DNA from: Macrostomum lignano | Taxonomy: Eukaryota | Direction: 5' to 3' | NCBI GenBank assembly: GCA_002269645.1 | Contig: NIVC01001058.1 | Span: 156 to 64,155, forward strand | DNA: 64,000 nucleotides | Shown here: one piece after another, positions 47,542 to 60,100 of the stretch | How the letters are laid out: each line of letters starts with the position of its first letter | Position numbering within the stretch: position 1 is the stretch's first letter | The notes under the pieces: model-generated | What the model was told of the DNA's origin: nothing | The model's input: the letters and a program-made list of their open reading frames with translations, nothing else | Databases searched by the model: none | Made by a program: the position numbers and the translations under genes

Positions 47542-49054
47542 ATTTCTGGTCCTGGAATTGTTCCTGGATTTTCGATGCAGTGGAAAGCGTAACGCCAAGC
47601 CACTACTGTGGAGGTCGGGAGCGAGTGCAGCTTTGGACTATCGGTCAATATATACACGTAAAGATTGCCGTTACTTTATCTGTGCCTGTTGGCCTGCCAG
47701 AAATACGTCAGCTAGGCTATATAGCTAACGCCCAAGCTTTCCTTTCCCTACCATCCCAGTGGCGTCTGCGCCGCCAATCCTAAGAAAGATCTGAGCGGGC
47801 GCGGGATCGAAACTGTGTGGCGTCATTTGTTTATATGGCCCCATCCGAATGCGTAAGCGCATGCACAGCCGCCCCCGATCTGCAGATGTTTTGACCTCTA
47901 CATACTGCAGTCAGCCCATCGACCATACGAGCTAGGCAAGACCTATACTAGGCAATCAAGCGATATTGCTCTCTGAACGCAAATTATTTTATCTGTTGCA
48001 ATGAATCATATGATTTATTGCAGCTACGAATTTCATGCAAAGAAATTTCCGACTGTCAAACGCAAAAACTTCCGACACACTATATGCCTGTACCTGTATA
48101 ATATGGGTAAAAAAGCCTTGCAAACACTTCAAAAAAAAGAAGTTTTGCATCACCCACAATGAATATACAAAATTTAATTGGCTTACACATGTACGATATA
48201 AAATTCAATTACATGTGTAACTGTAGGTCCCACTTATCTGTTAAAATCAAGCCTTTAGTGTTAGTAAGACCCTGGACCTACTCACTCTTTGTTTTAGTTT
48301 TGAAAATGCAAATTCAAATATTACAAATAGCTAGGATATTATTACTACATGTACATGTAGGCTACATATAAGGACCTGTACGGTACACATGTATACTGCC
48401 GAAGCTGATGATCTGTACCTGTATCTAATTATAATGGCATCATGGAACAACAAACTGGGTAAATTCAGAATGGTACGATGTACATGATGTACGATGCAGT
48501 ATGTTATACGCTTGTATAATGAAAAGACACCAAACTCACGCTCGCACATGGGCTCGAAACTGGCTAGCCTACTAACAGCAGGCTATGGGCATTTTTCTCC
48601 TTTTTTGTAATTTTTCTAGAATTCATACTAGTAGGACTTTTGTAGCTATATGAATCTGCCATAACTTGTAGTTATAATAACATAGGCGCGGTTTTTTGCT
48701 GCTTTTGGGGTCATAAATCATTGCTTTTGAGCTGGTCTGACAGCCACCTGCGCCTCACTCAGTGTTGAGGCTGGCGCCAAATGGTCTGAGAGGATGCGGG
48801 CGATAGCTTTTCCTCATCATTTTTGACAGGCCATCAGATTTATGAGATCAGGGCCTATTGTTCGTGTTCACTCAAGCGTTTGACAGCTTTGACAGCTATG
48901 CGTTTTACCCCTAAAAGTACTTTGGGATTAGCGACTAGCGATTTCTCTTCATTATCTTCACTTTCTACTTAATAAGAGCTTTCTAATGCATATTTTTCAT
49001 TGATTTTTGTCATTCCTACGCGAAAGGTCATAAATCATTATGTAGCGATTTTGA

Positions 49055-50500
49055 GTGAGTTATGACTGCACCTGGCGTATTTTTATGGCCCCGAGGGAAC
49101 TGATAGGATCTTCTGGTCACGTGAGTTTGGGTGGCAACAAGCTCAGCCAATCAGAAAATTCGACGTCAGTTATAACAAATCGGCTCAGCCAATCAGCGTC
49201 GAGGCGTTCCATTATAACAAATTGCGGTCCAGTTGGCGGCTATTTAAATCGGTGTTTTTGGCCCGCTCGGACCTCAACCTCCTGGGACCTTGGCCTAACT
49301 TAGACCTCCCGGAGCTCGACCGTCGTCTCTTGATCCCCGGATCGCAACTTCCCCCGTCACCATCAAGGACGAATTCCCCTGGTCGTCAGCAGCGAACATC
49401 AAGGTTAAGATCATCATCACCTGCTAGCTATCTGCGAAGATTGTGACATCAGCATCATCCCGGGTCTACAGCTGCGAAGCACTAAGCCGATTCGGTCACT
49501 GTGGATTACCTGGTCTCCGGCTGTTGAGTTTCTGATTGGTTGGGTGAGAGGCTACCTAGACTTGCTTGATTGGGTGATTCCTTATCTGTACCCTATTTCA
49601 GTAGCTGGATTAGGCGCACACTTTTGCTCACTTTTTTCAGTAGTGCTGTTATTGAGGCAGAAATCATTCAATAATACTGTTAGTAGTCTGAAACTCCAAA
49701 TCAATCTGAAGTGTGAAGGGATTTAGTGAGAAGGTTAAGTCTGACAGTTATTTTATCGTTTTTATTTCTTTGTTCGTCTATGGCTCAGATGAGTAGCTAA
49801 GCTAGTAGGCGCCGGTCACAGTGGACCAATGGCAAGGCAGTCCTCAGTCGATCAATCTATCAAATCAGTTAGCAAAATTGCCAATAGTGCAAAATCGGCG
49901 CTAGAGATGTACTCTGTGCACTCTAGGTCCACCAAGCGGCTCGGGTAATGAATCATGCGGCCTCTGAAGTTCGAGTTAGTCTATCATCAGCGCTATGAGA
50001 GGCTAGTTGGCGCGTTGAGGGCCAAAAGTACAATTCCTCGTATTTAGCTATGTATAGTACATGTAGCTACCCCATAGTCTCGCCACTGCAAGAATCCCCT
50101 GCACAAGTCCCCTCTGTACCTGCATGGCCAATGCGATCAAGTCCCAGCAGTGTCCCTTATCATCGGCTATGACTTCGAGATTGACAACTAAAAGGCACTA
50201 GTTGGCAGGTAAGTGCTAAGCCCCCTCTAGTCGGAAGCCCGATTTCGAAAGTTCCGGTTTGGTGAGCCAGAACGCACGGGCTGGTGGCGGCGGGTTAGTT
50301 AATCTGCGGATTAGCTGATCTCTACCTTCAAAGTTCTCCCTGCTTGTCTCTCGCTGTCCCTCTCTTAGCTATAGGACCTAGACTGCTTGCCACAGATCAA
50401 GCTACCATGGGGCTGACCATCTGACAGGAGTGGGGGGCCAGGACTCTAATTGATTTATTTCTGAGACCTGAGGCCCGAAGGCTTCCACAAAGGAGCCGAA
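49055..50500 (+). mobile_element. Unclassified about 1.5-kb non-coding repeat, copy A (two CCAAT boxes, TATA-like CTATTTAAA at about 49240)
   Basis: Aligns by eye as the reverse complement of 50905-52430 at many anchor points. Confidence 0.6.
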
Positions 50501-50568
50501 AAGGCCGAAACCCATCAATATGAATGATCCAGCATTGCGAATTCGCATCATGATGCATGCACATGTAA

Positions 50569-53564
50569 CGAGGGGTGCGCAAAAAGTTTTGGCAACTAGC
50601 TATCGGCCAAAAAGCTCGTTGTCATGGCCGCAGTGTGGCTGGAGGCGTTGACGTGGTGCAAGTGAATTCTGCCAAGGTTGGCTGCTTTTCCATGACTAAA
50701 GCCACGACTATAACAAGACCTGGCCAGTAAGCACTGGAAAAGTGCTTACGTCGCAGCGGAAAAACTGCTGCCTCCTCTCGTCTAAAGGAAAAAATAAAAA
50801 GAGCCGCCTGCGAACGCGTGATGCAGTTGACACGCTTTGCTTTGGGGGCAGTATAGAATGTGGCATTCATGTTCTGTCCATTTGGCATTATAACCAAATG
50901 GACAGACTTCGGGCCTCAAAAAGCCTACAGCTTCGGGCCTCAGAACTCAGAAATGAATCACTAAGAGCTCTGGCCTCTCACTCCTGTCAGATGGTCAGCC
51001 CCATGGTAGCTAGACTGTGGGCGAGCAGCAAGGTCCTATAGCTAAGAGAAGACAGCGAGAGACAAGCAGGGAGAATTTGAAAGGTAGAGATTAGCCAATC
51101 CGCAGATTAACTAACCCGCTGCCACCAGTCCGTGCGCCCCGGCTCACCAAACCGGAGCTATCAAAATCGGACTTGCGACTAGAGGGGCACTGCAGTTACC
51201 TGCCATCTAGTGCCTTTTAGCTGTCTAAATCTCGAAGTCATAGCCGAATAGAAGGGACGCTGCTGGCACTAAGATCGCATTGGCCATGCAGGGACAGAGA
51301 GGACTTCTGCAGGGGGTTCTTGCCCTGGCGAGCCTTCATACACTACTAAATGTACTATTTCATTACCAAATTCCCAGAAGTACATGTATAAGTACACGCA
51401 ACTGCACGCTTTTGGCACTAAATGTGTTAACACGTCGACAGATAGGGATGATGTAGATGTATTGTTACTTTTGGAGACCTTCTGACTAATATTTATCTCG
51501 TTTTAGCCGCTTAGCTGCCTGCGACCACGCGAAAGCGCCAGTCTGGCACTTAATTCGCATGCTTATCATGATTTCTGAGAACGACTGATTGACTGGGAAC
51601 TGCGCCGCTTCCGGTCCACTGTGACCTCTGCCCCTAGATCTAGCCACTCATCTCAGCTGGCATTGCGAAAAAGAAAGAAAACATTAAGTCTTTAGCTTCC
51701 AGATTTAACTTTCTCACTTAATCCGCAAACCTAGACACTTTAGATTGAGTTAGAGCGAATGGCTACTTTTAATATTAACTGACACTTCTGCCTCGAGTTT
51801 GGTATACAAAAGCAAGTAAGCAAAAGTGCAAATCCTATCAGACTATCTAGGAAGGGGTCAGACAAAGGGCGCACCCAGTTAAGCAGGTCAAGAAAGCCTC
51901 TCACCAAACCAATCAGAGGACCTATCTGCCGGTAGCCAAGGAATCCACAGAGACCGCAGCGCTCGGATGGGATGCTTAACTGACGAGTGCCGCCGGTACT
52001 CTTCACCTGCCGGTTGTCGTTGCTGCTCTTAGATCACTGCCGGGAAATATCGATGATGCTTCTCAGGGGAAACTTAGCTGCTGAAGCCGGAACGGCCAGG
52101 GGAAGGGGGCCAGACGTCGAAGACGCAGCAGATGCCGAAGGGCCGTCTAAGACGGGGTTAGGACCGTGCAAAAAGGGAGGTCCAAACCGGCCTTTTCGAG
52201 CGCGGGTCGAGTTGCCGCCTTTTATAGCTCTCATGCGGCCGATTTGTTATAACGCGCGCCGAATTTTCTGATTGGCTGAGAGCTTTTGTTAAAATAGGCG
52301 CCGAATTTTCTGATTGGTCGAGCCGGGGGCAGTCAGGTCGACTCTGATTGGCTGAGCTCAAGACCCCAAAACCCACCCTACCAGGTGGCCTTCAGACCCC
52401 AGGGAAGATGACAGGTGCGGTCATAAATCATGCGCAAAACATAATAAAAGTCACTTGTCTAGACATCCTGGCGCCAAAAGTGACAGCAAAACACCCATAA
52501 ATTAAAAGAAAAAGTAACAGAGCGAGTGGGGAGAAAGCTGGAAAGACCTCTTTGACCCAGACAGGCTGGAGCCAAAAGTGACAGCTAGACCGCCATAAAT
52601 CACTGAAAACAGTGAAAAAGCCGCAAATCTGGGGGTCAGAATGGGGTTGAAACCATTCCTTCCAGACTTAGTGTCGCCCGTCTAGACTGCTAGAGGTCAA
52701 TCCGTCGTCTCAAACCCAGACAGTCTGACCTTCAAAGATGCGTAAACAATCCAAAATTAGAATCCTAAGAGAAGTACATTAAGTATTCATCATAATTAAT
52801 AGTGATGGCATAAATTAGTGTAGAACTTAGCCTGGATGAGAGAATGGAGAGAGATTCCTAAGCTAGCCTACTGACAGTAGGGGAAAAGCGCATCGATCGA
52901 AGCGAAATGTGCGGTTTTAAGATTGCAAAAAGATGCGTCCTCATCAGCTGCATCGAACCCTCTCCTGCTTTTGCTCTGCTCTGAGTGCATGAGGCACCCA
53001 ACGGGCTGTGACCTTGTGGAGGCCAAGATGGTCATGCAGGATGGTTCGGACACTGCCATCAGAAATGCCGATTGTCTGGCTAAGTAAGTGCAACGGTGAT
53101 ATTGTTGCGATCTTTGTCCACCAGCTGTCGCACATCTACATGTACATGTTCTGCTGCTCGATCAATGATTGGCCTCCCAGAACGACAGCTGTAGGTTATG
53201 GAGCGTCGAACAGCACTGACCAATTCAATCCTACGGTCGACGGTGCGGTATGAAGCTGGGGCCTGATCTGCTACAACTTTGGACTAGCTCGGCATTTTGG
53301 TGGCGTTTTCTCCAAGCTTGCGATCGCTTGAAAACATAAAATCTCCACAGATCAGCAGTGATATTTTCCATTTGAAGGCTGAAAACGAGACTGTACGTTA
53401 ATCAAAATGCTCTAGAAAACGAAAAAATCCGTGCAATGAGCTGAAAAATTATGAACAAACGCAAAATTTACTCATTTTCATGGGAATAAAAAACGGTTGC
53501 ATTTATAAACATTTATTTAGAAAGTTATGAGCTGCAGTTGCCACAACTTTTTGCGCACCCCTCC
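50569..53564 (-). mobile_element. Degenerate mariner transposon split by an insertion of about 1.9 kb
   Basis: 29-bp TIRs at 50569-50597 and 53536-53564 (27/29 match; CGAGGGGTGCGCAAAAAGTT), TA at 53565. Minus-strand remnant ISDGSVRTILHDHLGLHKVTARWVPHAL (WVPHEL-type motif) with stops and frameshifts. Confidence 0.85.
50905..52430 (-). mobile_element. Unclassified non-coding repeat, copy B, inserted inside the mariner and inverted relative to copy A
   Basis: Shared anchors include CTGTCAGATGGTCAGCCCCATGGTAGC, GGTCCACTGTGACC and TTTTCTGATTGGCTGAG. Minus-strand TATAAAA lies near 52225. The element may extend to about 52800. Confidence 0.6.
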
Positions 53565-54531
53565 TAGCGTAGTCGCACTGGTTTCTCAAATATCAGTTGC
53601 TGCATGATAGCTTGATGCGGTCGGTTTTGATTTTTTTGTGATTGATCCTACTAATCTAAACTGTATGGGGCTGTGTGGGCGGTGATTACTTATAATACGC
53701 GAACTGTGAATTTTGAATTGTGATAAATGGTACATACGAGCTCGTATTTACATTATATACAGATATTGAAAGTTAAACAAGTTGAAGAGAGTCAGCGCCC
53801 TTAGTCCGCACTTTAGTCGCCCTTTTGTACCTATTACGAGTACAGTCTTCCATTATCAAATAACCCTACGAACATATAGCTATTTAAAAGTGCGCTGTTG
53901 TTTTAAGCCTTAAATGTATTAATTGTATTTTATTATGAACTTTTTATACATAATTATTGTTATACCAAAAAATGTTTTTAGTATTCAAAAATATTTTCTT
54001 GTAGTCACGAGGCCTGCCTGCTTCTTTTATATTTGAACATTTATATTTGAACATGTTGTAAAGGGCCCCGACCTCTCGCTCTCATACCTCGAAAACAAGT
54101 TAATGTAAACCTATTCTACGCGACTGTATAAATATATTAACTAAAGTTTTTTTACTGAATATTTAAACCTATAATTCAAATTTAGGATCCTAAATATCAT
54201 ATCCTAGAGACTAGAGTACAAGAAATACCTAATAAAGGTTGGAATTCTAATCATAATATTATAGTAATTAGTAACATTATATAATTAATTAATTATAAAA
54301 ATAATTAAACAAACAAAATATAACAAGCTTATTAAAGTATAAACTAGGCCTAGTAAATTAGGCCTAATTATTAAGATTTGTGCAAGGTTAAACTATTGAC
54401 AAGTCTTAAAAACAGTAATATATTGGCCCTATAGTATAAAATAGGTAATCTAATAATGAAATAGGGCCTATCCCTATAGAATTTTTTTAATTTAATTTAA
54501 AAGTAGGCCTATGAATATATAAAGCCAATGC

Positions 54532-55454
54532 TAGGGATGCCAATTCTGATTATTCTATTAACTAGTTAACCGAAAAACCAGTTTTGGCCCCAGTTTTGGC
54601 CCCACAAAAAACCAGGTTTGGTTTTGGTCTGATTTTTTCACTTATTTTTTATGTTTTTGTATCATTATATTGCATGTTGTAATTAAAACAAACTATTTCT
54701 ATATATAGATTTGTATTCAACCCTAATTTACGATTTATAGATTACAATACAAATCACAATTTGTAGATAAAATATGTAATATAAAAAGGAATAAGACCTA
54801 ATCTAATAATCATATCAATCAAATGAACAAAGCAATATGAAATATATCTATTTTAATATCAAATTATTAACTATTACTTATTGTCATTATTAAATATAAT
54901 TTTGTTATATGGTTAGATTCTGATTTGATACTTGAACTGACTATGAACTATTAAGTCTGTGTTGTGTATAGCATACTACATGTTGTTGAAAACTTAAAAG
55001 TAAATTTTCTAATTTTTTAAGCAAATTCATTATAATATTATTTATATGGCCTTTAAACAGTATAATTTCTATTGATAATGAGATAATAAGATAAATCAAG
55101 AAAGCAAAGCATGTGTATTAATGCACTAATTTACTTTTTCCAATTAGGGCCTATTATCCCATTTTATCTGTTTGCATAGGAAAAAAACTGCCAACCTTAA
55201 CAAAATTTCCAATCAAAAATGAATAATAAATTGAATGCATCCTTCATTTGGTGATAGACAAGTATGCTAAAAAAAGAAAATATGATACAAAATCAATTTC
55301 AAGCATATTTTTATGGTGCAAGCATGCTAAATGACCTTTTTGAGTTGTTTGGCAGCAAAAACTAGTATAAACTGGTTTTAAAACCTGTTTTGGCCAAAAA
55401 CCAGGTAAAACCAATTAACCAGTTCCACAAAATTGATGGTTTTTGGCATCCCTA
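54532..55454. mobile_element. Non-autonomous hAT-type element (MITE), 923 bp
   Basis: 12-bp TIRs TAGGGATGCCAA / TTGGCATCCCTA, subterminal AAAACCAG/GGTTTTGG repeats, and a degenerate 8-bp TSD GCCAATGC versus ATCAGTGC (5/8, mismatches all transitions). Confidence 0.75.
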
Positions 55455-56394
55455 ATCAGTGCCAAAGGACTTGCTTAGGTCTTTGAGGGTTAATAAGGTC
55501 TATCCTAGGCCTACTCTTTAGTCTTATAACTATAAGCATATAATTATAAATATATATAAAATCAAAGTTTTTTTATTTATTAGTATATTTATTAAGATTA
55601 AATATTTTTTTAGATTTGTTCTTGTAGCATAAAAGCAGCAAAAAGCTTATTAAGATATTTTAATTAAAAATATACCTATTAAGACAAGACTTATAACTTA
55701 TGGTTTATAAAGCTATAAGCTATTGTTATTAAAACTTACAGATTTTGAACCCATTGAATTCTAATCCTTAGAACTATTTTTGCATATATTCTATTTTTGC
55801 ATATATTCTTATATATATATTTGCATATATATATAAGAAAAATATTCTTATATTTTTGAATATATTCTTGCATATATTCTTTTGCATATATATTTTATAA
55901 GTCATAATCAAACAAATACTTGCTATTAGTAAAGATAAATATAAATATAATAGAAGTAAATTTGTATTAAATTAAAGTTTGAGATTAGCATTGATCTTGT
56001 TAGTTGGTTGAAACTTGAATGATTTATGATAGGCAATTTCTATCTAAAGCATGCATTGACAAACTCTGATCTTTGGCTTTTGCTTCTCTCTCTATCCCTT
56101 AGGTCCTTTGAAACCTTTCTTATCTCTCATCTTTTATCTCTTATTTCTTGATTATTTTCTCTTTCCTCTCTTCTTCCCTTCTCTCTATCTTGTCTCTGAT
56201 CTCTGATCTCTTTTCTCTTCTTTTATTACTGCTTTCTTATCTCTTCTAATTCCTTTTTTTCTTTTTCTTCTCATCTCTTCTCTCCTCTTATCTTCTCTCT
56301 ACTCTTCTATTGTCTCTTGTCTCTCTAAACTACTCTTTCCTACCTTCTCTCTATTCTCCTCTCTTATCTAATCTCTACTCTCCTATTCATACAT

Positions 56395-56547
56395 GCACAA
56401 CCTTGGGATTCACCCAGCCATTTCTATTGGCAACACACATGTAAGTTGCTATTGGCTGAGAGCAGTCACGTGACTATTATTCCGTCCAATAGTGACTTAC
56501 ATGTGTGTGTGCCAATAGAAACGGCCAGGTGAATCCCTAGGTTGCGC
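56395..56547. mobile_element. About 150-bp foldback (hairpin) element with about 60-bp inverted arms
   Basis: GCACAACCTTGGGATTCACCCAGCCATTTCTATTGGCAACACACATGTAAG pairs with CTTACATGTGTGTGTGCCAATAGAAACGGCCAGGTGAATCCCTAGGTTGCGC. The loop holds the palindrome AGTCACGTGACT. No clear TSD. Confidence 0.65.
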
Positions 56548-57189
56548 CCAAGCATGCTCCTATTTATCATCTCTCATACACGCACAACTGCTAGCCAATC
56601 TGGCCACCATTATTGTGGTGGACCATAAGTAAGTTGCAGAAATGTCCACCCAAAGAATATGGAAGTAGTAGTAGTACTAATTAGATGAAGAAGCATTTAG
56701 CCTTTATTCTGGCCAGATAAGGGAAGGAGACAGGCGGAGGTTGGGGTGGCTGTCTCGATGACAAAAAACAGACTAACTTTAAAAGTGAATGGCGCCATTC
56801 AGAATTAAGTTTGAGACTCGAAATTGTACACGATTGTGTCAAAGTAGTTGATTGTTTGTGTCAAATTTGAAGAGGATTGGTAAAAGTGAAGCAATGATAT
56901 TGACGATTTAGTAAAAAACCTGTTTTGAGCAGTTTTTTGCACTTTTAGGTAAGTTTAAAGGTAGCCTAAGATATTCTCCGTAGTGAGTTTAGGATGGGTG
57001 CAAAATGTGGTGTAATTTGGTTGAGCGGTTTGGGAGTCCATAGCGAACAAATTTGTCCACAGACACACAGAGTTTTCATTTTTATAGGTAGAGAAAGCTA
57101 GTACAATGCTATGCTTTCAGTTCAATTTTTATAGATTATTATTAGTACAATAGATTCTATACATAATTAGCTTTTGCCTAAAAACTTTG

Positions 57190-60100
57190 ATGATACAGCT
57201 TAGTAACCAGACTACAGAGGGAGGAGTGTGTCTGCTCACTGCTGTGCAGGACTCACTGCGCAGGGCTGGCTGCAGTAATGGCTCAATCAGCGGCCCAAGC
57301 ACCTCCCGAGTTCGAAACCCGCTGATTGGCCACCTGCTAGAGCAGCGGCTAGAGTTTGTTCCATCGCCTGGCAACTGGGATGCTAAGGTGCTTGAGAAAC
57401 TAAAACAGCTTGGCGCTACAATACTGACTACTGCAGCTGTTCCTGCTGTGCCGCCTGCTCAACTACTGAGCAGCAAAGATTGCCAGGCTGTTAGCGAGGC
57501 TCCTAAGAAGCTAGCACAGCCAGTGCAGAAGTCGGACGCCAAGAAGCCGCAGTTCAGTTTTGCTTCTGTGCAGCTCGACCGGCCCTACCATGGCCAGCCC
57601 TGCGGATTCGCCAACGAGGGCAACTATTGCTACATGATCTCAGTGCTGCAGGCGCTCATTCACACCGCTCCGTTTGTCAACTTTGCCTGCGAGCACCGGA
57701 CCGTATCGGCCTGTCGTCAGGTGGACAATCGCGGCCTGTTTAACCAGCATGGGCAACGGCAACATCCGGGACACCAGCAGCGGCAGCATCAGCCAGCTCG
57801 CTGGTGCGCAGTCTGCGAGCTGGCCGCCTATGCCCAGCGACCAAGTGGCAGCGGCGCCGTCTATCCTCGCGCATTCATGGCCAGAGTGACCACCGTGTCG
57901 CCAACTTTGCGCCCAAATCGGCAAGAGGACGCGCACGAATTCATGCGCTGCCTGCTAGACTATATGGAGCGCAATTGCGGCGGGGATAAGCGCCGATCAG
58001 CCGGCTCGCCAGCTGGTCCGATCCGGGTGCTGTTTGGCGGCCGGCTGAAGTCCTCGGTGCTGTGCACCAGGTGCGGCACAGAGTCGCGCACATTTGAAGA
58101 CTTCATGGACCTCAGCCTGTGCATCCAGTACAGCTCCAGCCTGGCTGACTGTCTGCGCAAATTCGTGTCCCCGGATCTGCTCAAAGATTCCAACGCTTAT
58201 AAATGCGAGAAATGCCGGACTAAAGTGACCGCTAAGAAAAGTTTCAGCATTGCGTCTGGCCCGCCAATATTAACAGTGCAGCTGAACCGATTCCAGTGGG
58301 GCCATAGCAACAAGATCAGCCGGTTCGTGCAGTTCCCCCTCAGCATCGATCTCAGGCCGTACATGTCCAAGCCTGGCCGCCCTGTGCACTACGAACTTTA
58401 CGCGTTGGTTATTCACCAGGGCTCCAGCACCAAGTTCGGGCATTATTATTGTTACGCTAAACGCGGCAACGCCTGGTGGTCGTTAAATGATTCCTGCGTC
58501 GATCGAATCAACGAGTCGCGTGTACTGCAGTCTTGCCCCTATATTCTGCTGTACAAACGGACCGATTTGAGTCCCCTGATTGAGTCGTCCACCGTTGCTT
58601 CCGCTGCGGCTTCCAGTAACCTGTCTGTTGGAGACGCTAATTCTCTATCCTCGCCGGTTGCCATGGCGACTGGCGGCGTTACTAAAAGCCAATCGCTTGT
58701 CAAGCCAAAACTGGAATCTGCCAACTCGGTTGCTATGGCAACAGGAAATGATTCATTTTCTCCAAAGCGCGCCAAGTACGATCTCACACCCTCCAACTCG
58801 GTTGCCATGGTAACCGGCAACGGTCCTTCAGGTCTGTCACAGACGAAGAAACATCAGACATCTAGCTTGGTTGCCATGGTAACCGGTAACGGTCCTGTAG
58901 GCCTGTCGCAGGCTAAGCACAAGCAGGCGCCCTCCAACTCGGTTGCCATGGTAACTGGCAATGGTCCTGTAGGCCTGTCGCAGGCTAAGCACAAGCAGGC
59001 GCCTCTAACTCGCTTGCCATGGTAACTGGCAATGGTCCTGTAGGCCTGTCGCAGGCTAAGCACAAGCAGGCGCCCTCAAATTCGGTTGCCATGGTAACCG
59101 GTAACGGTCCACAAAGCTTGTCGAGTACTATGTCGCAACCAAAACTTAGTAACGGGCCTCAAAGCCAAGCGCATGCCAAACCCAGATCAGGATCTGCCAA
59201 TGCGGTTGCCATGGTAACAGGCAACGGTCCGCTATCCCCAGGGCATACCAAACCAAAACCTACATCTGCTGCTGAGACAACCGTCAACGGGCCGCTAAGC
59301 CTATCCAGCTCTAAGCCACAACCGATTCAGCAACTAGCTCACGGCACCAAAGTTGCCATGGCAGCAGCAGCAGCCGGCTGTCAGCAGATGCGAAACAAGC
59401 CTAACAAAGAGCTGCGCCAATTGATGTCTGCCAGTCCGCGGCGCCCCGACCCGCTTCCGTGGAGCGCTAATTCCTCGCCACAGAAATCGGAGTCTCTGAT
59501 TCCCAATGGTGTGTCCATTAACGGCAGGAAGCGGAAAGTCAGTGACAGTCAATCTTCGGCCAGTTCGTCCCTGTGCGATCAGGTTTGTCTGTTTATTTAT
59601 TATTGGTAGACAAACAAACACTATTATAGCGTTATAGGAAATGTTTGTATATGCTGGAAATAGAATATACCGATAGAAATATGCCTTACCCACTTACTCA
59701 GTGAATTAGCTATCCGCGACCAACTTTGCTTTACCTTTGCATAAATGCCGTCGGTGATAACCCACTGGGCTAAGCAACCCCAATATATTGCCAATTACTA
59801 TTAGTAGGAATGAAAAAAATGGACATTATGGAGGATTGGGAAATGTATTTAAAAATATTTCTAGGCTGGTATATATTTTTTTCTCCATGGAATATTACTA
59901 ATGGCGAGATCTACTTACAGTACGGTTTGATCAAAGTTATTGTGGGGTTTTTTTAGCTATAGGTTTACTGTTGATTAGTAGCATATAATGTAAAAATTAT
60001 AATTCAGAAATGTGATAAAAAATTCTCTTTGCAGCTGTCCGCCCAAAACCAATCTGAGCTGGACAACAAAAAGCGAAAGAAAAAAGAAGCCAAACGCAAG

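Noticed and set aside
48349-48360. Recurrent TACATGTA palindromes across the window
   Set aside because: The motif is short and AT-rich, and enrichment cannot be judged without counting against background.
50455-50510. CTGAG...GGCCGAAAC resembling a hammerhead at the inner end of repeat copy A
   Set aside because: The CUGANGA core is not matched, and copy B lacks the GAAAC.
57640-58820. Antisense and alternative-frame ORFs over USP (likewise over calnexin, SRP54 and the protease)
   Set aside because: They are expected shadows of GC-rich coding sequence.
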